This document shows, in pieces, positions 44,076 through 59,000 of a stretch of DNA of 64,000 nt. The stretch is from positions 4,121,751 through 4,185,750 of the forward strand of contig OZ037773.1 in assembly GCA_964035545.1 (NCBI GenBank), given 5' to 3'. Position numbers and translations under genes: made by a program. Every line of letters starts with the position of its first letter. The first letter of the stretch is position 1. The notes beneath the pieces were generated by a model, which had not been told where the DNA came from, made no database searches, and was given only the letters and a program-made list of their open reading frames with translations. Source of the DNA: Bugula neritina. Lineage: Eukaryota > Animalia > Bryozoa.

Positions 44076-47000
44076 CTCAACCATCTACACTTATAGACTA
44101 CAATCCTGAGAATGGACCAGAGGTATATAAAGATAAGAATACAGCTATCTTCTGTTTGGCATCTGGCTATACAGATTTGAGAAGCTTACAGCTACAATAT
44201 CAATCTGATAAAGAAGACAAAGTCTACAGCACTGGATGTATTCGAAGTAGTGGAGGTGATATTGTGTGGGTTGCTTCATCAACCCCAGACATAGCTACGG
44301 TACCTGGTATAGAAGGACTTAGCATTAGTGATGCAGACTGTGGATATGCTACCGGGTCTGATGCACTAAATTTTATTTTTCAATTTACGATAACTGATTC
44401 ATCAATTGGAGGAAGCTTCTCCTGTAAAGGGGTTGAAGGAGGTGTCGGAGAAATTTCTTCTCAGAAAGTACCTGTAAATGTCAAAGGTATTTATTCTTAG
44501 ATTTTAGTTGAAAAAAGCATGCAATGAGTATAAAAAGGATAATGAATGATGTGTTATGCAAGCATTCAACTTTCATAAAACAAGTGCTTTCTAAACTCTT
44601 TACGCATAAACATTTCCATTGGATTAATTTATTTAATAAAAAAATACTTTGTAACGTTTAATAAACTGTTGCATATAGTGTTGTTTGTTAAAGCAAATAT
44701 TTCTAATTTATGAAATATTACTTGAAAGAAACTTAAGAATATTTTACCAGACCATTGATGCAGCTAATGTATTTTAAATTTGTCAAGCTTTAAGACGCAG
44801 CAAAAATTTTTTCTTAAAAACCACATGTTCTATAGTTTCCACCTAAATAAATTCAACCATATGTTTTTTTGTGGAATTTAATCATCGAATGAGTTCGGTT
44901 GTTGCAAAGAAGATCAAGGTTTGCAGTTTGAACTGCCAAAGCTAAAACTATAACTTTGACATTCATCTGATCGCCATTTAAAATTGCTAATTTTTTAAAT
45001 TTTTTGTTTTACAGTTGGTCCTCAGAGTTTGATTCTCAATGCATCTGATGTAGTAGAAGGTGAAGTTCTAAGCTTTAGTTGTGAGTCCAGAGATGCTAAG
45101 CCTGTCTCAGAATATGAGTACAGTAAGTAGAAGGTTTTTTACGTTTTTATTCTATTGTATCAAATTGACCGAAATAATTTAGCTACATGTTCATATAAGT
45201 TTTTTTATTATATAATTGTCTGCTCCCACCATCAACAGAAAAACTGGTGAAAACTAGCACTAAAACAAATAACATTTTGTTGAGCGTGTTAGTCTAATGT
45301 TGCGCATTTATGCATTCACAAATTTTAGTCAAAATATATACATTTGACCTAGTTGAAATTTGCATTGTAAAAGCCACTGCCAAAATTGTTGTATCGTGTG
45401 ATTTATTAATCAGCCTATTTCAGATTAATAATCAAAAGAACTAATAACTCAGTGTAGATAGGAGTATTTGATCATTACTTTGTATATAATCATATGAGTA
45501 ACATTTTCTCGATTATACTTTCTCTTTTATGCTGTCAACTTGACTAACTGATTACCTTTTGAAGGGGCATCAACTATCGATTTGAGTGAGTCGTGTTTCA
45601 CTATTAGAAAATCAGTTTCCGCATCAATATGATTTTTACGAGTTTTAGTAAAACTATGAAGGGGTAATATTGTAGTGGGCAGTGAAGCGTAAGGCCATGT
45701 GCTCACTAACCAATCAACATTAAAACACGTGATTACCCCCCCCCCCCCCCCCCCCCGCGAAGTAGAAAGGCTTCAGGACAGCATTTTAGATATATAACAG
45801 TTAGAGCGTGATGCTGATTGTGATAAGATAGTTGTTTTATATATGTGTGTTATTAAACTTGTGTTACTTTTACTCGCTACTTAGTGTACTAAATAAACCT
45901 TCTTCCCTCTTGATTACCCGTCTGATGTCTAGCAATGCAACGTGGATAATTACAGTATATACGAATCCCAATACTCAATATAATTGTGAAAATTATAACA
46001 ATATTCATCAGCATATACAATAACACAACTTTATACACATATTATTGGCTAACAGTCAAATGTAAAGACAGCTTTGGTACAGAAAGTTTTTCCACTTGTC
46101 TTAAAGAATCCCTGACACACTTTCTAGATGAAAACTAATATATATAAAAATATTTTAGTACCACACAAGTTAAGTGCGACAGACATTCTTTAAGCTTATA
46201 TACATCCTTTGCCTCATATAATATGCCCTGCTTTTCTCACTGGCAGATAAACAATTTACATAGTTATTGGTACAACTCTGATCATGCCACAAGCTCATTA
46301 GGTTGATCAGCATCGTCTATTTTAGTCTAGAAGTAACCTCCAATTATCTTTCACTCATTACACTTCGAGGGGTGGCCACGGAATTTTTTTAGAAATAGAT
46401 AAGTTTGAAGGGTCCTAATTAATCTGTGAAAACTCTAGACTGTTCTGTGCACCCAGTTAGCCACAAAAGTGCTTCAAACTTTCAAAATGAATCAGGAGTT
46501 GTTTTCTCTTAACGTTTTTGTGAATTGGCTAAATATTTTAAAATTATTCAAGCTAATTTATTTTATATAAGCAAAATAATTTTGCTTATAATTATAGATA
46601 CTCTTTTCACTTTTTTGTTATAAAAACTCTAGATTTTTCTGTCCACCCAGTTAGTCACAAAAATTCTTTAAAATGTTATAGGAGTTGTTTCCCCACAACT
46701 TTGTCCAAATTCATTAAGTATTATCTTGAAATTATTGAAGCTAGTTTATTATATATATAAGCAAAAACTTTTGCAGATAATCATAGATGTGTTTTTCATT
46801 TCTCTGAGTTTAATTCTAGTGATTTTCTTGTGAAAAAACCTGAAAAAAAGTGAATTATATGGACGAAAACAAGCAAAGGGATGGGTTTATTAGTTAATAA
46901 GGCAAACATTATTATTGATCGGTTATAAAAAAGGCGAATTATAAGTAAATCTGTGTCTGATAATGATTTTCTTCACGATTTTTATTATAATAACTACTTT

Positions 47001-50000
47001 TACAAAAAATTAATGAGAAGCATGAGCAGGTTGATTTGGACTCCGGAAGATAATATTTTAAATGTGTACAATTGAGCTTTGCCAATAAATTTAAGCTGAA
47101 CTATATATAAATAAGCAATTTGGTTTTTAGCACAATGCTATTGGTTAAAATGCCTATTTTTATACTATCTTGATATAATGACTCTAGAGTCAATTTATCT
47201 TAGTTATAGTTACAGAAGAAATACCCTAAAGCTTCCCTATAATTTAAAATGTATATGGTTATATTTCGACCACCCATTAGAAAAATGATCTTGGGATGCC
47301 TTATTCAAAGATCATTGACATAAAAATTTTTCATGTGTGCCATTTATCACAAAAATAATAATTTCTTATCAGCACAACTCAAATGGTAACAATTAGATTA
47401 TGAGGAAGCAGATACGAAAACTTTGTTACATGCAAAATATCTTATAAACATCATAATCTCACGTGTAATAATGAAATCTCAATCTTTCATTCTAAGTCTC
47501 ACTATTTGCAAAACATTACCTTCTTACCAATTGTATTTTTTCACGGGTGTGGTAATCGTGGTGTCATGCCAGATAGAGGCTAGGCTAAATTTCCCACTTA
47601 GACGCTAGTTATTTATTTTAGTAAAATGTATTTTCATGTGCAACTTATTTTAATATTATTGAAATATATGTATATTTAAATAAACTTGGATCAATTGCTT
47701 GTTATTTAGCACATAAATAAACTTCTTTGATTTGCATTAACTTATTAATTTTGTATATTCTATACATCTTGCCTGTTGTTTGAAAAGATATTTTGTTAAT
47801 AAGTATCCATTAAAGATAGTGTCTATGATTATTGTATTACTACTTTTTGTCCCACACAAATTCGAAAAATAATAGAATATTATTCTAGATAATTCATGTT
47901 AGCTACTATAGCTATTAACATATTAGCTATTTAGCAATCAATTCATCAGATATATAGGTAATAATAATATATATATGGTAACAAAATAAAAACAGCGTCT
48001 ATCTGGGAGGAAACCATAATCATATTAGGTATTTGGATGTCAACATTACAGCAAATAAATCCGAACCGCAGTTGTGTGCAGCACTTACTAGATTTCATGC
48101 TTCAACAGGTTGTGATTCGACTATAGTGCTTTTTATATGGAAAAGGATAGCGCACAGCCTACTCTCTTTTGAGAAAATATCCATAATGTATGGGAACCTT
48201 TGAACACATTGGGAAGTATTTTAAGCTGTAAGCCATTACAGTGGCTGAAGTAGAACACTTTGTCTATAAACTTTATGGAGCAGGAAATTTAAATATAGAT
48301 GATGTCCGATACACTGTATTTTGTTCACCGTCTAAAATAACTTAATAGAGTTTGCCTCCAACAAAAGATGAATTATATTTGCACATAAAAAGAGCAAATT
48401 ATTAGGCAGCCATTTGGAGAAGGGGGACCACAGCCACCCCCAGAACATCATGGAAGGATTGTTGAGAATTATGGCAGCATAAATATAAAGTGAATGATGT
48501 TGCAAAATTTAAACTGCTCCTGTAAGACCAGCTGCAACATATCAAGATGTGGATGTCAAAAGTCTCAAATGCAGTGCATGCACTGATGTTTGTCAATGTA
48601 AGGATTGTCTGAAAAGAAGCTCTATATTGGGGAAGAAGCTGATGAGACTGACGACAGTGAAAATGATTGGCGAGAATATTTTTTCATAATGAAGCACTAT
48701 TTTTAGACTTTTGTTATATATTTTGCTGCAACTAATCTGATTTGATCATCTCTCATGCTTCTGTTTCTTTAAATAATTTTGCAGAATCTTGTTGATTTTT
48801 GCAGACGTTTACCGACAGACTAGCAAATGATTCACTTGGGCTGAGCTCAAGAGATTTCAATATTTATTCATTTCAACATTTATTTTGTACTATAATTTTA
48901 TAAATATAGTTTTTTCACACATCAGCATGACTTTTTTATTTTTGTATAAATAGCTTGGTCATACAATTATTCTGCATGCTTATGCCTCATGCAATATGTC
49001 GATTCATAACAAACATATATGTTTATATAAACAACTTGGTTTTAATTATAGATAGCGTCTTGCAGTCTTTAAATTCAATATCAGCATAGCATTTCAAGTA
49101 AGAGACAATTATTTTTGGTATTTCAGCAAATATTTTTTCTTCAAGATAGCTTGATAAAATTGGATACTATTTAGCACAATCTACATTTCTTTTTATCACC
49201 CATCTAAAACGTCAATTTGTTTTTTGCAATAACTTGAGTTTGGGTAAAGATAAAATTTTAGAGTTTGTAAATTTAGAATCAGCACAACAACTTTTTTTGA
49301 GTGGCCACCTATAAGTAAAGTGTAATAAGCCAATTTTTTGAGCACTTTTTGAGAGGTTACTTCTAGACTATTTCTAATGAACTTAATTATTTGAATGCAA
49401 TGTAATTTCAGAAGTGAATAACCAGTCAGTCTCTCCGCCTACCTACATTCCTGAGAAAGCTGACAGGGATGGAGTGTTGATATCATGTAGAGATATCGTT
49501 CATAGAAACTGGAAAGATGGAAATACGGAAACTTCAGTTTTGCTCATGCCTAAATGTAAGTAAACATGCATGCAGACTACTGTTGAGTTTAAAAGTGATT
49601 GGGTTTGATTAAAAGTGCGGCAGGAAATTTTATAATTGCAATAACTACAAACAGAAATTGAAGGGTGAACAAGCCAATCATCATGCTAAACATACTTCCT
49701 AACTGTAGGTTTTATTACTATATTGTACCAGCACAAAAAAACTTTAATATTTTTTTATTGTCATGTTCATAGACATTGATGTAAAATCGGAAACAGAAAG
49801 TACAATAGAACTACAAGTCAAGGCTGAAGATGGCGCTGTAGAACTAGACTGTGATCCACATGTTACAGGAAACCCTAAACCAACCATCTTCTTCTGGGTA
49901 CAAAACGGGACTGAACAATCAGAAGAGACAAATAACAAGTTACTCCTGACTGCACAGACTGCTGGTACCAACGAAGCGGTGATGTGTACTGCTGGAAACT

Positions 50001-53000
50001 CTCTGGGTTTGTTCTTTGAAACTTGTTGCTGACAAAACAACTAATAATCACTTAGCTTCTAGATATAGTGACAATTGACATCACTATTGTATTTCAAAGC
50101 AGATTTTCAACTTGACTCAAAGAAAAGCTGCATTTCTATATCTATATTAGAACAGCAAACTATATTACAAAAGGTTTGATAAATTATCAAGGTCGAATTT
50201 GATGCTATATACTTTTATAATAATTGTGTAACATTAAATAATACTACCATCAGGGTTTATACGTTACATCTCTTAATATATAGCATCGTTTTATTTATAA
50301 CAGGAATCTTATAGTATATTAAAGCTGTTAGCCGGTGCACTTCAGTTATCTAATTACAGGAAAGAATGTGACTGTAACATGGCTTATAGAATGGAATATG
50401 ATGATTACCATAGCAGGTGAGAAAGTCATATACTTTTTAAAAACAATATTGATGCAGCATTAAGCAGTAAAATGATAATAATATAGTGCTATTTAGATCA
50501 TCTGGCATTTCATAGAATGTATTGTATAATATGATCGCATATAAAATGCTGCTAGTTTCTCCTATTGCAGATAGTATGTGTAGCATGTGACATCCTATAT
50601 AATAGTACCCTTACGAACTAGTTAGTGTAAAAGATATCACGACAAGCTATATATTTCATTAGATTATAGTATCATGCAAGATTATGTAGTTTAATTATCT
50701 CTCTACAGAAAAGGATGTGACTGTATCCATGAATACAGAATCCAACGGCGTGACAGCTGTAACAGGTGAGCGTTTTAGAATGTTTACAGTTTGATCACAA
50801 ACATTTACCCTCTTGAAAGCTTATTATTGTAATGGGATTACGTAGTATAATAATGGGGTCGTCCCCTCCTATATGGAATACTTATAACTATGTTCTACTA
50901 TCCAATCAGAAGGACCGGAAGACAAGGTTCCGGTCAAGTGACTGTGCGCGGGTTAGCTAGCAGAAACCATGCGTTGTTGAGAGCAGGGACTCGTAGTAGT
51001 AACATGTGTTTATAATTGATTGATGTATTGTGGTATTCTGATATAATGTTATAATTATGTTTATCGGGTTAAATAAAGGTTATCGTACGCAAGCTCTATT
51101 AGTAGTTGCTAGTTAAATTGACATTCAATACGCAGGCAATCCACGCTTGATAATTGTGCTAAAACTCACAACAGTGGTGGCAGCGGTGGGATTTTGCGTA
51201 TATCAAGATGACAGAAAGAGGCACAGAGCTACCCATTCGGAGAAATAAATGTGAGGAAGATAACGTTGCTATACCTATAGAACCAGAAGTGAGAGTGCAT
51301 AGGGAATGTTATGAAGAGAAGTACTGGCTGAGGGTGCCCACCTTCTCAGGTGAGGAGCCGGTGGAGCAATTCGTTCAGGAATTCCAGGATGTAATGAAGG
51401 TTGCACAGTGGCCACCCCGAATAGCATTGCTCAAGCTCTGGATGGCGCTGTCAGACAAAGCCAAGCCATACGGAGTGGAACCGGACATCGACGGGATCTT
51501 TGCCTCCCTGCGGGCCCGTTTTGGTATTTCCGCTGTAGATGCGCGGGCCCGTCTCCAAAGACTGCGGCGTGATCCTCACACGCCGCTACAAGAGCACGCT
51601 ACCACGGTAATGAGGCTGGCGCAGATCGCGTTCCGCGATCTGCCGCAAGTAAACCGTGAGAGGTACACTTATGATGCCTTCATGCAATCCATCAATGACT
51701 TGGGACTCCTTCACCAACTCCTGGCGAGGGGAGTCACCACGGTCGAAGGTGCGCTTGCAGAAAGGGAAGCATACCTTCTGGCCAGTCAGCTGCACCGAAA
51801 CCGTGTGACTTCTCGTCAGGTGGACATGGAGCCCTCCGCTGCTCCTACCGCTTCTAACGCGAAAACCCCAGCGGTGGCCAAGGTGACGCAGATGACGGTG
51901 GCATCGAAGGTCACACAAATGACCGACATGCTGGCCAAACTGGTCTCCGCCTTGGCCCCTCTCAGCCAGCTAGACACCACCCGTGAGCTTGACGGGCCAC
52001 TGGTGCAGTCGCCTGGTAGAGGACACCCCTCCTGCTGGGAGTGCGGAAGACCAGGACACTTCCAGAAACACTGTCCCCGACTTCAACCAGGGTTAAACTA
52101 CGACGACTCGCGGATGCTCCCACATCCGGCGGGCCGCCGATAAAACCCCAAGGGAGAACACAGTGGGGTCCGCCACGCCGGACACCCGTCCGGGACCTCG
52201 CGGAACGGCCACCGGGACGGCAAGCAGGCTGTACAAGCCGCTCGCCGCCGGTATTCTCCATGCCACCCTGCAACAGGTTCGACAAACGACGAACCGCAGA
52301 GTCTGCGAGGGGAAGAGCCCTTCGGCAGCTGGTCCCCAGTCGTTGTCAGGAACCTAACCCCTCCGCCAGGGCGAGGGAGATGAGGTCACCCAAGATACCA
52401 CTACATCCCCACGAGAGCAGCCTGTTTCTACCAGAACAGATAGCCGGCAAGCCTGCCAAATTCCTGTTAGACACAGGCTGCACCACCAACCTCCTGGGTC
52501 GTCGATTCTTCGACACACTCAGCGCTCAGATCCGAAGCAGGTTGGGACCGTACGAAGGCGATCATGGCACCCTGGCAGACGGGTCGTGCATCCCCTTCTA
52601 CGGTATCATTGAACTCCCTGGGAGCGTCTGTGACTAGACCATCCAGGAGAGGTTCATAGTCGGACAGCTCCAAGAGGACGCCATCCTTGGGATGCCATTC
52701 TTACAACGACACGGGTGTCGCATCGATTTTGGCAAATCTGCGATGTTTATGGGCGGCCGGGAGCTTGCCTGTGTCGATAAGTTTGGCCATCCCCTAACGG
52801 GAGAAGAGCCGATAGTACGTACCTGTACTATGCCCGGCCACTCCCGGGACACCGTCCACCGCCAGGTAGACGGTGGCCGTACCTCCAGGCCGGGAGCTGT
52901 TGAGAGAGCGCACCCGAACGTCCCACCTGTCCACAGCTCTAACCAGCTGACACGGAGAGGAAAGACCTCGGTGCCATGCCTCCACTCACCCTCGGAGACG

Positions 53001-56000
53001 GTGAATCTACCACCCACCTCTCCACCAAGCTGTACTCCTTCTGTTCAAGAAGATAACAGCAGGCCATCGCGGGAAACCGCGATGGGAAGCCCTCTAGAGA
53101 GCCCGTCTCCGGGGCGAAGGACTGCCTCACCCCACGCCCCACACAGCCAAGGGACTCATGGGAGAGAATCAGACGGTTGCGTAGATAACGAGAAGCGCCA
53201 AGAGACGGCCACGTTACTACACAAAACCGAGGCTACACCTCACCTTGGGGATCCTGACATGCCCCCAGAGGCGGCACAGGACCTCCACGCCGAACCCGTC
53301 TCAGCCGATGGCGTCAAGGAGCTACGACACCTCCAGGAACAGATTCCGGGGGTGGTAGCCGACGTCTATCAAATTAAACGGGAAGGGCGACGACCCAGTG
53401 ACAAACAACGGAAGCAGGGCTGCGCCGAGTGGCAGCTGTACTGCCGACGTTGGAACGCACTGCGGATCGAGCCGGATGGTCTATTGACCATATCTTTGGC
53501 CGCTAACCACCACCAGCCAGACCAGGAGAGAACTCTCTGTCCTGCCGCCATCCGCTGAGAGTTGATAGAAGAGGTACACCAACAGGCTCACTGGGGAGCC
53601 CAACAGGTGCTCACCGAACTACAACTCTGGTAGTATTGGCCTAACATGAAGCGTGAAGTACGGCGCAGAGTTAGGCAGTGCGGAGTCTGCCGGGCCAGTA
53701 AGCACGGCCGCCCTCCTGACAAGGTGGGGCGGCGAAGGCAAAGTGCAGACAGACCCGGGCAGACGGAGACTGCTGACCTGGTCAACAAACCGCCCAGGAT
53801 GCAACCCAAAGCAGTGGCGAGGCAGAAAAAACCACACCCGTTCAGGGAAGTGCGCTCACCGCCTCCAGCGTACAAGCTGCCGCCACCACTTCCTAAGTTA
53901 GGAACCGACCGGGAAGTGCAAAACCCCCCCACTGGAGGGGCTCCGTACGGAGATTCTAGGAAAGCTCCATTTGTCATAAACTGGCTGGAGGCACCACCCG
54001 TGAGACGTGACCGTCCACGGGTGAGTAAACCGCCTTGGTTGGTGACGACACCTCGGAAACGGTGTTCTAGACCAACCCCCGCGTATCTCAAGGACTTACC
54101 ACGTGCCGTTCAGGGCGCGGTCAAACGTCCCACGAGGCACCGTACGGGGAAGAGAGCAAGGTGTGGGAGTTGTGAACACCACGAGAATATCAACTTTTGC
54201 TTCGGCGGAATCTCAAACGAGATTCATACGCCGGAAGTAATTAGCCCTAGCCACGTTTCACAACCACGCTGCTCGCTCTTTCATCACATTGATACAGCTT
54301 TGAGTAGACGTACGTAGAAATCATAAACATACCACTCTCATTCATAATGGCTTGCCAAGAATCGAGAGGTGAGTTAGTTATGTTTTTGGTACGAGGACTA
54401 AACTGTATTAATCAGCTTAACTGTAACAGAATAAGCTGGAGACTCGGTAATGATTTTTAGTGGTGGGAATTCACATTGACTCTAAGACTGAACAGTCTGT
54501 TACAGCAGTGTGTGTTTTCGATCAACTATTCATTAGCTGAGTCTCACAAGTGTCTAATTGAGTTAAGTACCCACCAGGCTGTATACGCCGGTTGTACTCA
54601 GTGTACCCTCTTACACTGTTATACTCTTGCAGATCACACTCAATTGACCAACTCCGGGTCACAAGATCTACACCCCCTCTCCTCCTTGGACAACAGACCG
54701 GAAACGGACAACGGACTGCCCGTGGCACTGCGTCGAAGACATAAATAGGTGTCACGACGTACGGAGCGGCAAATTGAAGAAGCCTGGGGACCAAGTGGCT
54801 CACAACGAACCTGCCATGTGTGTTATGAGGAGCTGCCCTCGCACCAAGGACTACGGCTGCATGTAAATGCACACTTCCTATTACGCTTTTTTGCTTTCTT
54901 GTGTGTTCTCCAAACTAAAAGAACCACTATGAACTTAACCATCCTTTCATCTATTTCACGGTCTGTCTCTCTAACACCACTGATATCATGGATATCATTT
55001 TCATCTTTTTTCCTGGTGAATGCTTGATGTAATGCAGCTTAAATGGAAAACACATCCAGGTGACTTGGTGATGTTACTTGTAACTAAAGGCGGTTTTTTT
55101 TATTTCAAATCTGTACAGAGAACAAAGAGCAAGCAATGGTTCCGGCAGCCAATTTGAATAGCCTGAACCCTTCTGATTCTGAATCCCAACCCACTAGTTC
55201 AGTTTGGGAATCTAAATTACTATCAAACTTTGAGGGTTTTGCCATGTAAAAACTGAGTATAGTGCCTGTAACATATTTCTATTTATATTTTCCTAATTAG
55301 TATCAACATTGTCAATAATTGTGTTTTTGATGATTTAATTTTTTCATGGTTGCCTTTATTGAACTATGTATAGGTTTTATAAGTTTCATATTCATATTTA
55401 ACAATTTCAATAATTTTGAATAGATGTTTTTTAATTAATATTTAATTTTCTCTTCACTACTGTGCTTTAACTTATGCTACATATGTATGCACATTGTGAT
55501 AAAGTTGAATAATAAAGTCAATTATGATAAGAAGGCTAAAATGAATTTATTAATCATCTCACAGATCACACTGCATGCAAATACACAAATACTAACTTCA
55601 TAGCCATCTTTAATGGACAAAGGTGAGCTATAGGGTCATAGTGGCAGACAACAGAGCCACGAGTCAGTAACCATGTGTATACAGAACATACAGTGTTACT
55701 AGAGCATATCATATAACAGCTTACCTGTAGGAGTATATGCAGTTCATAACAATATTTACATACACATTCTAGTAAACTAAATCTGATTGATCTTGAAGTA
55801 AATTACAAAAAATGTATAATTTAATACTTTTTGTATTTTCAAATGCATATACATTGTTTGTAGAAAATATTGTACTTTAACAACTGATTCACAAATTTTT
55901 AACCAATTGCAGTTCACATTTATTCTTTAGCTAGTACAGCCAATGTTTTCAGACTATCCCCCTCCCCGTATTCACACGTTAGTATCCTATGTCGTAACTG

Positions 56001-59000
56001 CAAATTTTAGCCATTTTTGTCAACATTTGGGCTGAGTCATATCTCGGTATATGTTGCGGCTTTATTATTTTGGAACATACAAGGGAAGGATTTTAAATAT
56101 GTTTGATAAGAACAGCTGATAATGAGAGAATGACTCCTAATTGACACCAATATTGTGTAATCTATAAAATTATTATTTGCAAACAATATAAAATCAAATA
56201 TATAACAATGTTGCATTGTTGAATATTTTAAAAAAAAAATTTCTTATGATTCCATACATTCTTTACATCACAAAACAAAACAGCTTCATAGACATCACAA
56301 AATTAAGTTTCTTCTATAAAAGTCTCTAGATTCTAAATAACTCTAAGTTAGATACTCATCTACTACTGTATATAGGCAGGACCTTTAACTACTCACAATT
56401 ACTATGATGTTATATCTCAGCTATCTGATGTGTTTGTTTATCCGTATTTCCGGTATGTGATGTTTTACAGTACTTATCGAACTCAAAATACAAATATAAC
56501 AAAATGATTATGCAATCATATTTTAGAAAATACATTACAGCCAATTTGCGTTAATGATAGTTTTTCTAATGCAAACAATAAACAAAATAGCTGCAAAATT
56601 AGTGAATGTAAGTCTAAGATGTCTCATCTAGAGTTTATTTACCAAACCACTGAGTAGAAGCTTACCATAGAAACTCACACAGCGTTATAGATTATTTGTA
56701 CCAATCAATGATGTTTCTTCTATGGAGTTGGTCATGATGTAGGTTCCAAGTTTAATATTTCCATGTGTACAAAAAGTAAAGCTAGAAAGGCTTCAGATTT
56801 TAGTTTGACCAATAGGATAAATGCATTATATTACACCCTAATGCAATTTTTATCAATGCTTTGTTTATTTCTTTTCTATGTTATACAAAACAACATCAAA
56901 ACACTGTTGCCACCGCTATAACATATAAAAGCAGCAAAACACTGTATATTTATCTCATGACTTTACCTTTATTATTTTCTTCAGTTAGGATTGTCAATCT
57001 GCGTAGGTTTTATTCAATATCTTTATAGTAAGTTTTATGATGTCTTGCAAAAAAAAGGCAACATGCAGTAGTGGACAGTTATATAGAAAACTACTTTAAA
57101 AATAATAAACTGTAAATAATTTTTACATTCAGCTAAACCATCTGCACTCATAGACTACAATCCTGGGAATGGACCAGAGGTATATAAAGATAAGAATATA
57201 GCTGTATTCTGTGTGGCATCTGGCTATACGGATTTGAGAAGCTTACAGCTACAATATCAATCTGATATAGAAGACAAGGTTTACAGCACTGGATGTACTC
57301 GAAGTAGTGGAGATGACACTGTGTGGGTTGCTTCATCAACCCCAGACATAGCTACGATACCTGGTATAAAAAGACTTGGCATTAGTGATGCAGACTGTGG
57401 ATATGCTAGCGAGTCTGATGTATTATCTTTTCTTTTTCAATTCACAATAACTGAGTCAACAACTGGAGGGAGTTTTTCCTGTAAAGGGGTTGAAGGAGGT
57501 GCCGGAGAAATTTCTTCCTCAGAAGTACCAGTAGATGTCAAAGGTCATTATTTTCAAGTTTTAGTTGAAACAAGCAATGGGTATAAAAAAGGATTATGAA
57601 TGATGTATTACGCAAGCATTCAAATTTCATAAAACAAGTGCTTTCTTGACTCTTTACATAAAAATTTCCATTGGGTTAATTTATTTAATATAAAGAAAAG
57701 CTTTGTAATGTTTAATAAATTGTCGCATACAGTGTTGTTTGTTAAGGCAAATATTTCTAATTTATGAAATATTACTTGAAAGAAACTTAAAAATATTTTA
57801 ACAGACCATTGATGCAGTCAATGTATTCTAAATTTGTCAAGCTTTAAGGCGCAATAAAGATCTTTTTTAAAAACCACATGTTCTACAGTTTCCACCTGAA
57901 TAAATGCAACCATATGTTTTTTTGTGGAAATCAATCATCGAATGAGTTCGGTTGTTGCAAAGAAGATCAAGGTTTGCAATTTGAACTGCCAAAGCTAAAA
58001 CTACAATTTTGACATTCATCTGATCGCTATTTAAAATTGCTAATCTTTTAAATTTTTGCTTTACAGTTGGTCCTCCGAGTTTGATTCTTAATGCATCTGA
58101 TGCAGTAGAAGGTGAAGTTCTAAACTTTAGCTGTGAGTCCAGAGATGCTAAGCCTGTCTCAGAATATGAGTACAGTAAGTAGAAGGTTTTTTACGTTTTT
58201 ATTCTATTGTATCAAATTGACCGAAATAATTTGGCTACATATTTATATAAGTTTTTTACTATATAATTGTCTGCTCCCACCATCAACAGAAAAACTGTTG
58301 AAAACTAGCACTAAAACAAATAAAATTTTGTTGAGCGTGTTAGTCTAATGTTGCGCATTTATGCATTCACAACTTTTAGTCAAAATATATACATTTGACC
58401 TAGTTGAAATTTGCATTGTAAAAGCCACTGTCAAAATTGCTGTACCGTGTGATTAATTAATCAGCCTATATCAGATTAATAATCAAAAGAACTAATAACT
58501 CAGCGTAGATATGAGTATTTGATCATTACTTTGTATATAATCATATGAGCAACATTTTCACGATTATACTTTCTCTTTTATGCTGTCAACCTTTTGAAGG
58601 GGCATCAACTATCAATTGAGTGAGTCGTGTTTCACTATTAGAAAATCAGTTTCCGCATCAATATGATTTTAACGAGTTTTAGTAAAACTATGAAGGGGTA
58701 ATATTGTAGTGGGCAGTAGAGCGTAAGGCCACGCGCTCACTAACCACTCATCATTAAAACACGTGATTACCCTCCCCCCTCGGCAAAGTAGAAAGGCTTC
58801 AGGACATGGTGAAAACGGTCACTGCAATCATACCTCGGCCAGACAACACCCCCATGGAAGCATCAGACTCTCCAGAAGAAGCGACGCCAACTCCAACCAA
58901 GCCTAACCGACTAGCAACTGTTGAGGAAAGACTCCTACGACTGCAGGATGAATTCACCCAATTGGCCCCCGACTTACTCAGCACTACAATGAGCCTTAGT

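Noticed and set aside
45557-46320. Possible additional non-autonomous element in intron 3 of F/G
   Set aside because: Could not define convincing termini or a TSD.
51586-54317. Numerous overlapping and antisense ORFs in the retroelement
   Set aside because: Shadow ORFs of GC-rich gag-pol sequence with no independent motifs.
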